Source: an uncultured Actinomycetota bacterium (lineage in GTDB: Bacteria; Actinomycetota; Actinomycetes; JACCUZ01). Taken from it: a DNA stretch of 64,000 nucleotides. Each line of letters opens with the position of its first letter. Position 1 is the first letter of the stretch. The notes beneath the pieces are model-generated. The model was not told the origin of the DNA, searched no databases, and was given only the letters and a program-made list of their open reading frames with translations. The translations under genes and the position numbers were made by a program. The stretch lies in contig CAVVAY010000013.1 in the NCBI GenBank assembly GCA_963746465.1, positions 10,755-74,754 of the forward strand, given 5' to 3'. Below are positions 30,647 to 40,196 of this stretch, in pieces.

Positions 30647-31555
30647 TCAGACGAAACCCGGGACGTCGCGCCAGGCCTCCGGCTGCGGCTCGTCGTCGTC
30701 CCGGCCGACCGCGACCTCGATCAACCCGTAAGGCCGGTCGCCGGCGTTGAAGACCTCGCCCGGGTTCTCGAGGCCGAACGGGGAGAGGTCGACGAGGTAG
30801 TGGTGCTTGTTCGGCGCCGACATCCGCAGCTCGGCGACGTCCGCGCGAGCCTCGAGCACCGTGCGGCCCATCTCCCACAGCGTCTGCTGCAGAGCCAGGC
30901 TGTGCAGGCTGCCGAACCGCGAGACGAGCAGCGCCCGGACCTCGGCGTACGCCGCGTCGTAGCCGTCACTGGGGACTGCCGCCCACCGCCAGCGGGTGGT
31001 CAATGCGGTCGCGAGGACGCGGTCCGTGGTCGGCGGCAGCGTGGTGAGGTCGTCGACCAGGAAGTCCTTGAACTCCGAGCCGGTCGACTTCAGCAGCACG
31101 AGACCGGTCAGCCCGGACACCACGTGCTCGCCGCCGTCGTACGCCGTGACCACCGCCGTGCGGGTCTCTGCCCCGGTGCGCACGAAGGTGTGGTCGTGGG
31201 GGCGCCCGTCGACCGTCGCGCGCTCCCAGCCGTACTCCTCGACGACGACCTGGGCCGACGTCACCGGGCCGACGTCGTCGACGAAGTGCCGGGCCAGCTC
31301 CCGGGCGAACTCCTCCGCCGTGCCGACCCCGCGCTCCTTGGCGAACGCGTAGACGGAGTTCTTCTGGGTGTCCGTCGGCAGGATGTCGCGCTGGTCACCC
31401 TCGACGTGCGCGGCGGTGAACTCGCCACGCAAGGACGTCGACACGTTCAGGTCGCGGATCTCGTGCCGCGCGGTGTCCCGCACCACCCGCACCAGCCGCG
31501 TCTCCGCCTTGCCGTAGCGGTTGTCCCCGAGCACGATGCCGTTGGTAGCCACCAC
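30647..31555 (-). CDS. Urate oxidase (factor-independent uricase)
   Basis: 302 aa. Tandem T-fold. Motifs include NSxVxxTDTxKN-like (PTDTQKNSVY). GTG start is 1 nt after the HIU hydrolase stop. Confidence 0.85.
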   Translation of the reverse strand: MVATNGIVLGDNRYGKAETRLVRVVRDTARHEIRDLNVSTSLRGEFTAAHVEGDQRDILPTDTQKNSVYAFAKERGVGTAEEFARELARHFVDDVGPVTSAQVVVEEYGWERATVDGRPHDHTFVRTGAETRTAVVTAYDGGEHVVSGLTGLVLLKSTGSEFKDFLVDDLTTLPPTTDRVLATALTTRWRWAAVPSDGYDAAYAEVRALLVSRFGSLHSLALQQTLWEMGRTVLEARADVAELRMSAPNKHHYLVDLSPFGLENPGEVFNAGDRPYGLIEVAVGRDDDEPQPEAWRDVPGFV

Positions 31556-31556
31556 C

Positions 31557-31877
31557 TCAGCTCCCCCGGTAGGTCGAGTAGGCGTAGGGCGAGAGCAGCA
31601 GCGGCACGTGCAGGTGGCCGTCCGGGTCGTCGACGGTGAACGTCACGACGACCTCGGGGTAGAAGGTCTCGCGGCCCTGCGCGGCGAACCAGTCGCCGGT
31701 CGCGAAGACCACCCGGTAGGTGCCGCGGTCGAGCCGGTCCGGGCCGAGCCCGCGGACCCGGCCGTCGTCATCGGTGCGTGCCTCGACCGACAGGCCGCGG
31801 CCCTCGAGCCGCACCGCGACGCCGCGGGCCGGCAGGCCGCTGACGCTGTCCAGCACGTGGGTGGTGACCACGCTCAT
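31557..31877 (-). CDS. uraH: 5-hydroxyisourate hydrolase (transthyretin-like)
   Basis: 106 aa ending in YRGS, the diagnostic HIUase C-terminus. HVLD near the N-terminus. ATGA overlap with the upstream gene. Confidence 0.85.
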   Translation of the reverse strand: MSVVTTHVLDSVSGLPARGVAVRLEGRGLSVEARTDDDGRVRGLGPDRLDRGTYRVVFATGDWFAAQGRETFYPEVVVTFTVDDPDGHLHVPLLLSPYAYSTYRGS

Positions 31878-33589
31878 CGGGTCGGTCCTCCTTCGTCCAG
31901 CAGACGCTGCAGCCGCAGCCGGTTGATGCTGCCGAGCTCGGCGCGCACGACCGTGCGCTCGTGCACCGGGTCGTTGCCGAGCCGGGAGCGCAGCACGTCG
32001 AGCAGCTCGTCGCCGCTGCGGCCGCTGGCGCAGACCAGGTAGACGTGGCCGAACCGCTTCTCGTACTCGCGGTTGCCCTCGGCCAGCGCGGCCTTCACGT
32101 CGTCGCCGACACCGGCCTGCTCGCGTTGCGAGGAGGAGTGGGCCGACCGCTCGCCGATCCGGGGGTGGCCGGTCAGGGCGTCGTCGACGTCCTGCTCGGC
32201 GAGGACGCCGAGCGCACGTTCGGCTGCGGCGAGCAGCCGGTCGGCCGAGCCGTAGGGCGCGGCGGCGACGACCAGGTCGGCCCACCGCGGCGAGGCGCAC
32301 ACCGTCAGCAGGAGCTCGCGCAGCTCGGCCGCCGGCAACCTGTCCAGCCACGGGTTCGCGCCGTCGCGCCGGGCCAGCTGCCGAAGGGTGTCGCCGTCCG
32401 GGCCGCCGGCAGCCGCGACCTCGTCGGCGTCCAGCGCCCCGCAGTCCAGGCCGCGCAGCAGGAAGCCGGCGAGCGCGAACGCGGTGGCCGGCTCGTCGAG
32501 CACCCCGCCCGACTGGCGGTCCAGGTAGCTGCGCAGCCGGGCGACCGCGGCGGGCAGCCCCTCCCGGTAGAACGCGAACGTCGCGAGGTAGCGGGTCGGC
32601 AGCTGCGCGGGGTGCAGGTCCCAGCCCTGGTAGATGCCGCGCTCCAGCGAGCGCCGCACGAGGCGTGCGTGCAGGGCCCACGCCGTCTCGACGTGTGCCC
32701 GGTCCCCGAGCGGCAGCACGTTGGTCGACCCGTCGCTCACGCGCACCCCGGTCTGGGCAGCGGCCACCTGCATCACGGCTTTCGCGTGGTCGGCGACCGG
32801 GTGCTCCATCGACTGGTGCGCAGCGGCGACACCGAGCGAGGCGCTGTAGTCGTAGGTGCCGTAGTGCAGCCCGGTGCATCTGCCGCCCGCTGCGTGCACG
32901 ACGCGGGCGACGGTCGCCGTGCCGTCGGCACCGAGCACGGCCTGCGGCGTCTCGACCTGCACCTCGAAGCGCAGCGACGAGGGCGGCAGGCCGTGGGCGC
33001 CTTCGAGCCGCTCGCAGAGCAGCACCATGGCCTGCACCTGGTCGACCGAGGTGACCTTGGGCAGCGTGGTGACGAAGCCCGGCGGCGGTGCGCCGAGGAC
33101 GTCGAGCACCAGGTCCAGCGAGCGGACCCCGCGCCGCCGGTTGGGCGCCTCCAGCGACTTGATGCGGACGCCGCTCACGAAAGGTGCACCCGCGCCGACC
33201 AGCTTCGCGAGGACCTCGCCGGCGAGGCGGGCGTGGCGGTCCTCCTCGTCGTCCGGCCGGGCGCCGTAGCCGTCCTCGAGGTCCAGCCGCAGGTCCTCGA
33301 CCGGCTCGCGGGCCAGCTTCGCCAGCACCCGCGGCCACACCTCGTCCACCACGGCTGCGCCCAGTCCGGTGATCCGCGCCATCGACCCGGCGTCCTCGGC
33401 GGCCACCGCGTCCAACGCCTCGGCACCGACACGGTTCGCGAGGTCGGCCGCGGCCCGGTCGGCCGGCAGGTACAGGGTGTGCACCGGTTGCCGGCCTGAC
33501 GGCTCCCCCGGCCAGCCCTCGGTCAGCGCCGCGTCGGCGGGGGCGAGCAGCTCGTCGAGCTCGCGCAGGACGTCGTCGGGCAGGGTCAT
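31874..33589 (-). CDS. Fusion protein: N-terminal HpcH/HpaI-CitE-like (aldolase/citrate-lyase beta fold) domain + C-terminal OHCU decarboxylase
   Basis: 571 aa from MTLPDDVLRELDELL. N-terminal ~400 aa carries LDLEDGYG and TLPKV(T)S motifs, compare CitE/HpcH DLED and PKVES. C-terminal ~170 aa carries HPRIGER...S..EQ and the conserved YLVCASGRSG block of OHCU decarboxylase. No internal ATG or SD separates the two parts. Confidence 0.7.
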   Translation of the reverse strand: MTLPDDVLRELDELLAPADAALTEGWPGEPSGRQPVHTLYLPADRAAADLANRVGAEALDAVAAEDAGSMARITGLGAAVVDEVWPRVLAKLAREPVEDLRLDLEDGYGARPDDEEDRHARLAGEVLAKLVGAGAPFVSGVRIKSLEAPNRRRGVRSLDLVLDVLGAPPPGFVTTLPKVTSVDQVQAMVLLCERLEGAHGLPPSSLRFEVQVETPQAVLGADGTATVARVVHAAGGRCTGLHYGTYDYSASLGVAAAHQSMEHPVADHAKAVMQVAAAQTGVRVSDGSTNVLPLGDRAHVETAWALHARLVRRSLERGIYQGWDLHPAQLPTRYLATFAFYREGLPAAVARLRSYLDRQSGGVLDEPATAFALAGFLLRGLDCGALDADEVAAAGGPDGDTLRQLARRDGANPWLDRLPAAELRELLLTVCASPRWADLVVAAAPYGSADRLLAAAERALGVLAEQDVDDALTGHPRIGERSAHSSSQREQAGVGDDVKAALAEGNREYEKRFGHVYLVCASGRSGDELLDVLRSRLGNDPVHERTVVRAELGSINRLRLQRLLDEGGPTR

Positions 33590-34620
33590 CCGGTCGCTTC
33601 CCACCGGTCCCGCAGCGCGGACAGGCCGTCGTCGGTCGGACGGCCCCAGAGCCGCAGCCGGGCCATCCCGCCGTCCGGGTAGACGTCGAGCCGCACGTGG
33701 GTGGCCGGCGCCGACGGCTCGGGGAGAACGACCCGGTGCCGGGTGTCGGGCTGCAGCGCGGTGCGGTCGAGCAGCGGGAACCACGACTCGCGATCGGCCG
33801 GGTCACCTTCGCCGTCGTACGCGGACAGGGCCGCCGCACCGGGTGCGTTCCCGAGGAACCAGGTCGTGTCCAGCTCGACGACGCGCACCGTGCCGCGGGC
33901 AGCCAGCCGCACCTCTACCCAGTCGTTGCCGTCGTCGCGCCGCCGCGCGGTCTCCCACCCCTCCCCCATGGTGCGGGCCAGCCCCGGCGCGATGAGCCGG
34001 TCCGGCGACCCGTAGAACAGGTTGCTGCAGCCGGTGACCCGTCCACCGAGCTCGAGCGCGGCGAGGTCGACGGTGCCGAGCGCCTCGACCGGCCGCGGGT
34101 CGGCGACGACCTGGCCGTGCACCCGTAGCCGCGCCACCCCGCCGTCCGGGTGGATGGTCAGGCGCACGTGGGTCCAGCGGCTCTCCGACGAGACCGGGAA
34201 GACGTTCGCGGTGTCGCCCTGCAGCGCCGAGCGTTCGACCAGCGTCGTCCACTCGGCCGCACGCAGGGCGGCCACGGCCGGGTGGCCGTCGACGGCCAGA
34301 CCTTCTACCGAGGCCTCGCTCGGGAAGTTGCCGGTGAAGTGGCTGGTGTCCACGACCACGGCGCGCACCACGCCAGGTGCCCCGAGCCGCACGATCGCCT
34401 CGTCACGTCCGGGTTCGCGCCGCCGCCGGGTCTCCCAGCCGTCGTAGACCTGGCCCTTGGCACCGAACGTCCGTGGCGTGAACGCGGCCGGCCCGGGGTT
34501 GATCAGGTTCTCCCGCCCTGCGAACAGCTCGTCGTTGGCCCACACCACCGCGCCGCCGAACGTCCGCACCGCGAGGTCCGGCAGGGCCAGCAGGTCCTGG
34601 GTGGTCGCCTCCTGGGCCAT
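33586..34620 (-). CDS. alc: Allantoicase
   Basis: 344 aa with two allantoicase repeats (VVWANDELFAGRENLINP..., GCSNLFYGSPDRLI...). Confidence 0.85.
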   Translation of the reverse strand: MAQEATTQDLLALPDLAVRTFGGAVVWANDELFAGRENLINPGPAAFTPRTFGAKGQVYDGWETRRRREPGRDEAIVRLGAPGVVRAVVVDTSHFTGNFPSEASVEGLAVDGHPAVAALRAAEWTTLVERSALQGDTANVFPVSSESRWTHVRLTIHPDGGVARLRVHGQVVADPRPVEALGTVDLAALELGGRVTGCSNLFYGSPDRLIAPGLARTMGEGWETARRRDDGNDWVEVRLAARGTVRVVELDTTWFLGNAPGAAALSAYDGEGDPADRESWFPLLDRTALQPDTRHRVVLPEPSAPATHVRLDVYPDGGMARLRLWGRPTDDGLSALRDRWEATG

Positions 34621-35912
34621 CACGCCTCCCCTCTCGCCAGCAGCCGTCCGGTCGCCGGACCCGGTCGGTCCGCGCCGATCGGCGTCCCAGCCAACCATGT
34701 CCTTCGCACGACACCGGTGAGCCGCGCACCGGCGTACGGCGACACCGGGTTGCGGTGGTGCAGCAGCGCCGGGTCGACCACCTGCTCGGCGTCCGGGTCG
34801 AACGCGACGAGGTCGGCCGCCGCGCCGGCCCTGATCCCGCCCTTGGTGCTCAGACCTACCAGGGCGGCCGGTGCCGACGACATCCAGCGCACCACGTCGG
34901 CGAGCGGGTGACCGCGCCGGCGTCCCTCGGTCCACACCAGGGCGAGCCCCAGCTGCAGCGAGGAGATGCCGCCCCAGGCGGTGCCGAAGTCGCCGGTGTC
35001 CAGGTGCTTGAGGTCGGCGGTGCACGGCGAGTGGTCGCTGACGACGAGGTCGATGGTGCCGGCGGCCAGGCCGGCCCAGAGCGCCTCCCGGTTGGCCTCG
35101 TCCCGGACCGGCGGGCAGCACTTGTACGACGTCGCCCCGTCCGGCACGTCCTCGGCGCGCAGCACCAGGTAGTGCGGGCAGGTCTCGACCGTCACCCGAA
35201 CACCGTCGGCCTTCGCGGCCGCAAGCGCCGGCAGCGCCGCCGCGCTGGACAGGTGCACGACGTGCAGCCTCGCCCCGGTCCGGCGCGCCGCGTCGATGAC
35301 GCCGTCGATGGCGCGGTCCTCGGCACTGTGCGGGCGGGACGCGAGAAACCTCCGGTACGCCGGGCCGGCCGGCGGCGGTGCCGCGGCGAGGACGGCCGGG
35401 TCCTCGGCGTGCACCAGCAGCAGCCCGTCGGCCGCCGCCACCTCCTCGGCCGCGGCGAGCAGCCCGGCCGGCGGGAGCGCGGGGAACTCCTCGACGCCGG
35501 AGTCGGGCAGGAAGCACTTGACGCCCATCACGCCGGCGTCGAGCAGAGCGCCCAGCCGGCCGAGGTTGCCGGGCACGGCGCCGCCCCAGAAGCCGACGTC
35601 GACCAGGCACTGGCCCTCGGCGGCCGCGCGCTTGACCGCCAGCGACTCGGGGTCAAGCGTCGGCGGCAGGCTGTTGAGCGGCATGTCCACGATCGTCGTC
35701 ACGCCGCCGGCCGCCGCGGCGCGGGTCGCCGAGGCGAACCCCTCCCACTCGGTACGGCCCGGCTCGTTCACGTGCACGTGCGTGTCCACCAGCCCGGGCA
35801 GCAGGAGGACGTCGTCCCCGAGGTCGACCACCTGGCAGCCCGCTCCGCCGCTGGCCGACCGGTCCAGCGGCCCGACCTCGGAGATCACACCGCCCGTGAC
35901 TGTGACGGTCAC
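34620..35912 (-). CDS. allB: Allantoinase (cyclic amidohydrolase)
   Basis: 430 aa from GTG ([16 protein letters not shown]...) preceded by a GGAGG SD. Metal ligands [23 protein letters not shown]..., DHSP. Confidence 0.8.
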   Translation of the reverse strand: MTVTVTGGVISEVGPLDRSASGGAGCQVVDLGDDVLLLPGLVDTHVHVNEPGRTEWEGFASATRAAAAGGVTTIVDMPLNSLPPTLDPESLAVKRAAAEGQCLVDVGFWGGAVPGNLGRLGALLDAGVMGVKCFLPDSGVEEFPALPPAGLLAAAEEVAAADGLLLVHAEDPAVLAAAPPPAGPAYRRFLASRPHSAEDRAIDGVIDAARRTGARLHVVHLSSAAALPALAAAKADGVRVTVETCPHYLVLRAEDVPDGATSYKCCPPVRDEANREALWAGLAAGTIDLVVSDHSPCTADLKHLDTGDFGTAWGGISSLQLGLALVWTEGRRRGHPLADVVRWMSSAPAALVGLSTKGGIRAGAAADLVAFDPDAEQVVDPALLHHRNPVSPYAGARLTGVVRRTWLAGTPIGADRPGPATGRLLARGEA

Positions 35913-35926
35913 TGCCTCCTCCCCCG

Positions 35927-35970
35927 CACCTATAGCCCTGCTAGCGGCACCGCTAGCAGGGCTATAGGTG
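35927..35970. repeat. Perfect 44-bp palindrome (21-bp arms, 2-nt centre), locally AT-rich, between xdh Mo-subunit stop and allantoinase start
   Basis: CACCTATAGCCCTGCTAGCGG-CA-CCGCTAGCAGGGCTATAGGTG; every arm position pairs. TATAG/CTAGC tracts stand out in a ~70% GC background. No T-tract follows on either strand. Confidence 0.7.
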
Positions 35971-36064
35971 GTGGAGAGATCACCGTCGCCATCAGCGCCG
36001 CGGACGGGAGGTGGCAGCACGGCACGGGCGGCGTGCACGACGAGGTCGGGCCGGGCCGATCGGG

Positions 36065-38356
36065 TCACGCGGTGCCGGTGATGTGCTCGGGACGGATCGG
36101 CACCCTGCTGAGGAACTGACCCGTCGCCGCGCGGACCGCGGCCAGTACCGCCGGGCCGGAGGAGATCGTGGGCGGCTCGCCGACGCCACGCAGCCCGTAC
36201 GGCGCGTGCGGGTCCGGCAGCTCGAGCACCTCGACCGTCATCGGCGGCATGTCGAGGATGGTGGGGATCAGGTAGTCGGTGAACGACGGGTTGCGGATGA
36301 TGCCGTCCGTGACGACGACCTCCTCCATCAGGGCCAGCCCGAGGCCCTGCGCGCTGCCGCCGTGGATCTGACCGACGACCGCCTGCGGGTTGACGGCCTT
36401 GCCGACGTCCTGGGTGCAGGCCAGCTCGACGACCTTGACCAGGCCCAGCTCGACGTCCACGTCGACGACGGCGCGGTGGGCGGCGAACGCGTACTGGACG
36501 TGCGCGTTGCCCTGCCCGGTCGAGGGATCGACGGCCTCGGTCGGGCGGTGCCGCCACTCGACGGTCTCCTCGACCGCTTCGTCGCCCAGCGCGCGCACCA
36601 GGGTCTGGGAGTCGACCTCGTCCCAGGACGACATCCCCGCCAGGACCAGCACCCGGTCGCGCACCCGCAGGCAGGCCTCGCGCACCGCGCCGCCGGTCAC
36701 GTAGGTCTGCCGGGACGCCGACGACGAGCCACCACTGCCCACCGCGGTGTCGGCCGGTGCGACCACGACCCGCTCGACACCGAGCTCGGTGCGTGCGATC
36801 TGCTGCTGCACCGTGACCAGGCCCTGGCCCACCTCGGCGGCGGCGGTGTGCACGGTGACCACCGGCTCGCCGCCGGACACCTCCAGCCGCACCCGGGCGG
36901 TCGAGTAGTCGTCGAAACCTTCGGAGAAGCCGATGTTCTTGTAGGCCACCGCGTAGCCGATGCCCCGGCGTACGCCCTCGCCATGGGTGGAGTTGGCCAC
37001 CCCGCCGGGCAGCCGGCGCAGGTCCTCGCCGACCCGGTCCGGCGGCAGCGGCATCGCCTCCAGACGGCGCAGCAGGTCCGCCACCGGGGCGGGGCTGTCG
37101 ACCACCTGCCCGGTCGGGGCGATCGAGCCCTCCTCCATGGCGTTGCGGCAGCGCAGCTCGACCGGGTCGATGCCGAGCGCGGCGGCCGCCTTGTCCATCT
37201 GCGACTCGTAGGCGAAGGCCGCCTGGACCGCGCCGAAGCCACGCATCGCGCCGCACGGAGGGTTGTTCGTGTAGGCGCCGTAGCAGTCCATGTGCACGTT
37301 CGGCACGACGTAGGGCCCGATGCCCATCAGCCCGGCGTTGCCCACGACCGCTGCGCTGCTCGACGCGTACGCCCCGCCGTCCAGCCAGATCGTGGCGCGG
37401 ACGTAGACCAGGTCGCCGTCCCGGGTGAACCCGTGCTCGTAGTGCAGCTCAGCGGGGTGCCGGTGCACGTGGCCGAAGAACGACTCCTCACGGTTGTACG
37501 ACATCTTCACCGGCTTGCCGGTGTGCATCGCCAGCAGGCAGGCGTGCACGTGCATCGAGAGGTCCTCGCGCCCGCCGAACGCGCCGCCGACGCCGGCGAG
37601 AGTGAGACGCACCTTCTCCGGCGGGAGGCCGAGAGCGCCGCAGATCTGCTGCTGGTCCACGTGCAGCCACTGGGTGGCGACGTAGAGGTCGACGCCGCCG
37701 TCCTCGGCCGGCACGGCGAGACCGGACTCCGGGCCGAGGAAGGCCTGGTCCTGCATGCCGACCTCGTAGTCGCCCTCGACGACGACGTCCGCGGTGGCGT
37801 CGGCGTCGCCCTTGCGGATCTTCAGGTGCCGGATCAGGTTGCCGTGCGGGTGCAGCGGAGCGGCCTCCCGGCTGCGCTCCACCACGGGAGTCGGCTCGGG
37901 GTGCACGTCGCGGGCCGCGTGCCCCAGCGCGACCCGGGCGTCGGTGACCGGCTCGAGCTCCTCGTAGTCGACGACGATCCGGGCAGCGGCCCGCCGGGCC
38001 GTCTCCGGGTGCTCGGCCGCGACCAGCGCGACCGGCTCGCCCTGGTAGCGCACGACGTCCATCGCCAGCACCGGCTGGTCCTGGAACTCCAGCCCGTACC
38101 GCTTGGCGCCGGGCACGTCGTCGGCGGTGAGCACGGCGTAGACGCCGGGCACGGCCAACGCCGGCCCGAGGTCGATGGACCTGATCCGAGCGGCCGGGTG
38201 CGGGCTGCGCAGCGTGACGCCCCAGAGCATCTCGTCGGCCCACAGGTCGCTGCCGTAGGCGAACTCACCGGTGACCTTCAGGGTGCCGTCCGGCCGGGCG
38301 GCGTCGGTACCGACCCCGCCGTCGGTGCGGACCGGCGTGCTGACCGGTGCCGTCAT
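36065..38356 (-). CDS. Xanthine dehydrogenase family, molybdopterin-binding large subunit (CoxL/XdhB-like)
   Basis: 763 aa. Aldehyde-oxidase/xanthine-DH a/b-hammerhead plus MoCo domains ([16 protein letters not shown], catalytic region GVGEPP). Confidence 0.85.
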   Translation of the reverse strand: MTAPVSTPVRTDGGVGTDAARPDGTLKVTGEFAYGSDLWADEMLWGVTLRSPHPAARIRSIDLGPALAVPGVYAVLTADDVPGAKRYGLEFQDQPVLAMDVVRYQGEPVALVAAEHPETARRAAARIVVDYEELEPVTDARVALGHAARDVHPEPTPVVERSREAAPLHPHGNLIRHLKIRKGDADATADVVVEGDYEVGMQDQAFLGPESGLAVPAEDGGVDLYVATQWLHVDQQQICGALGLPPEKVRLTLAGVGGAFGGREDLSMHVHACLLAMHTGKPVKMSYNREESFFGHVHRHPAELHYEHGFTRDGDLVYVRATIWLDGGAYASSSAAVVGNAGLMGIGPYVVPNVHMDCYGAYTNNPPCGAMRGFGAVQAAFAYESQMDKAAAALGIDPVELRCRNAMEEGSIAPTGQVVDSPAPVADLLRRLEAMPLPPDRVGEDLRRLPGGVANSTHGEGVRRGIGYAVAYKNIGFSEGFDDYSTARVRLEVSGGEPVVTVHTAAAEVGQGLVTVQQQIARTELGVERVVVAPADTAVGSGGSSSASRQTYVTGGAVREACLRVRDRVLVLAGMSSWDEVDSQTLVRALGDEAVEETVEWRHRPTEAVDPSTGQGNAHVQYAFAAHRAVVDVDVELGLVKVVELACTQDVGKAVNPQAVVGQIHGGSAQGLGLALMEEVVVTDGIIRNPSFTDYLIPTILDMPPMTVEVLELPDPHAPYGLRGVGEPPTISSGPAVLAAVRAATGQFLSRVPIRPEHITGTA

Positions 38357-39723
38357 CGAGAGCTCCTCTCGAGCAGGCGACGGGACGCCGACGCCGCGTC
38401 CCGCGCCAGCTGCTCCTCGACCACCGTGACCAGGCGGTCCCGCTCGACCACCGCGCGGCCGTCGACCAGCAGCAGCTCGAGCGGCGGTGCCGAGCCGAGC
38501 GCCAGTGCCGCGACCGGGTCGGCGATGCCCGCGTGCGGCAGCGTGTCGACACGCCACAGCGCCAGGTCGGCCAGCTTGCCGACCTCGATCGACCCGATGT
38601 CGTCGGCCCGGCCGAGAACCTGGGCGCCGCCGTAGGTCGCCAGCCGCAAGGCCTCGCGGACCGACAGCGCGGTCGGCCCGCCGCGGGCGCGGGCGAACAA
38701 CGCCGCGTGCCGCAGCTCCTCCAGCAGCGAGCCCGCTTCGTTGGACGCCGCACCGTCGACCCCCAGCCCGACCGGCACGCCGGCGTCGACGAGGTCCCGG
38801 GTCCGGGCGATGCCGGCGCCCAGCCGGGCGTTGCTCGAGGGGCAGTGCGCGACGCCGGTGCCGGTGTCGGCGAACCGGGCCACCGCCGCGTCGTCGAGGT
38901 GCACGGCGTGCGCCATCCAGACGTCCGGGCCGAGCCAGCCCAGCGAGTCGACGTACTCGGTGGGGGTCGCACCGAACCGTTCGGCGCAGAACGACTCCTC
39001 GTCGACGGTCTCGGCGAGGTGGGTGTGCAGCCGCACGCCGTGCCGGCGGGCCAGGTCGGCCGCCTCGGTCATCAGCTTCGCGGTCACCGAGAACGGCGAG
39101 CAGGGCGCCACCGCCACCCGCAGCATCGAGTCCGACGACGGGTCGTGGAACCGGCTGATCGCCGACTCGGTGGCATCCAGGACGGCGTCCAGGTCCTCGA
39201 CCACGGAGTCGGGCGGCAACCCGCCCTGGCTGGCACCGAGGTCCATCGACCCGCGGGTGGGGTGGAAGCGCAGCCCGACCGCAGAGGCTGCGCCGATCTC
39301 GGCCGCGAGCAGGTCGCCGCCGCCGGCCGGGAACACGTAGTGGTGGTCGGTGCTCGTGGTGCAGCCGGTGCGCGCCAGCCAGCCGAGCGCCGCGGTGGAC
39401 GCGGCGCGTACGACCTCCTCGTCGATGCCCGCCCAGACCGGGTACAGCTCGGTGAGCCACTCGAACAGCGTCGCGTCGACGGCCAGCCCACGGGTGGCCC
39501 ACTGGTAGAGGTGCTGATGGGTGTTGACCAAGCCCGGTGTGAGCAGGCAGCCGGTCCCGTCGAGCACGCGGTCAGCGGCCAGGCGTACGTCGTCGGCTGC
39601 AGGTCCGGGGCCCACCGCGGTGACCCGGTTGCCCTCGACCACGACATGGCCGGCCGGGTGCTCTGTCCCGGCGGCGTCGACCGTGCAGACCGTCGCGCCC
39701 TCGATCAGGAGCACGTCGCTCAC
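38353..39723 (-). CDS. Amidohydrolase, guanine / 8-oxoguanine deaminase-like
   Basis: 456 aa from GTG. Metal-dependent hydrolase motifs: PGLVNTHQHLYQ, HTHLAET, HAVHL, D..G. Start and stop overlap the flanking xdh genes (GTGA / ATGA). Confidence 0.75.
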   Translation of the reverse strand: MSDVLLIEGATVCTVDAAGTEHPAGHVVVEGNRVTAVGPGPAADDVRLAADRVLDGTGCLLTPGLVNTHQHLYQWATRGLAVDATLFEWLTELYPVWAGIDEEVVRAASTAALGWLARTGCTTSTDHHYVFPAGGGDLLAAEIGAASAVGLRFHPTRGSMDLGASQGGLPPDSVVEDLDAVLDATESAISRFHDPSSDSMLRVAVAPCSPFSVTAKLMTEAADLARRHGVRLHTHLAETVDEESFCAERFGATPTEYVDSLGWLGPDVWMAHAVHLDDAAVARFADTGTGVAHCPSSNARLGAGIARTRDLVDAGVPVGLGVDGAASNEAGSLLEELRHAALFARARGGPTALSVREALRLATYGGAQVLGRADDIGSIEVGKLADLALWRVDTLPHAGIADPVAALALGSAPPLELLLVDGRAVVERDRLVTVVEEQLARDAASASRRLLERSSR

Positions 39724-40196
39724 GCCCGCATCCGATCGGCCGCCAGCCGGACCGCGTCGAGGATCTTCTCGTAGCCGGTGCAGCGGCACAGGTTGCCGGC
39801 GAGCGCCTCGCGGACCGTGTCGTCGTCCGGCGACGGCACCCGCTGCAGCAGGTCGTGCACCGCGACGACCAGGCCGGGCGTGCAGAAGCCGCACTGCACG
39901 GCGCCGGTCTCCAGGAAGGCGGTCTGCACCGGGTGCAGCCGCTCGGCCGCCTCGTCGTCGGCCAGGCCCTCCACCGTGACGACCTCGCGGCCCTCGGCCT
40001 GACCCGCCGCCACCAGGCAGGCGCACACGACGTCACCGTCGAGGTAGACCGAGCACGAGCCGCACTCGCCCTGCTCGCAGGCGTTCTTCGATCCCGGCAG
40101 TCCGAGCCGCTCACGGAGCAGGTAGAGCAGGCTCTCGCCCTCCCACACGTCGTCGGCCTGCCGGCGCTCGCCGTTGACCGTGAGCTCCACCCTCAT
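39720..40196 (-). CDS. (2Fe-2S)-binding small subunit of xanthine dehydrogenase (CoxS-like)
   Basis: 158 aa with CEQGECGSC and CGFCTPG...CRCTGY cysteine motifs. Confidence 0.85.
   Translation of the reverse strand: MRVELTVNGERRQADDVWEGESLLYLLRERLGLPGSKNACEQGECGSCSVYLDGDVVCACLVAAGQAEGREVVTVEGLADDEAAERLHPVQTAFLETGAVQCGFCTPGLVVAVHDLLQRVPSPDDDTVREALAGNLCRCTGYEKILDAVRLAADRMRA

Noticed and set aside
33000-33200. Possibility that OHCU decarboxylase is a separate gene
   Set aside because: No in-frame ATG, plausible GTG with SD, or stop was found between the CitE-like and OHCU parts. It is treated as a fusion but flagged for re-sequencing.
31557-35610. Very long minus-strand ORFs (760 aa and 674 aa) spanning several purine genes
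   Set aside because: They are frame read-throughs. The real genes begin at internal ATG/GTG codons with ATGA/GTGA coupling (HIUase, CitE-OHCU, allantoicase).
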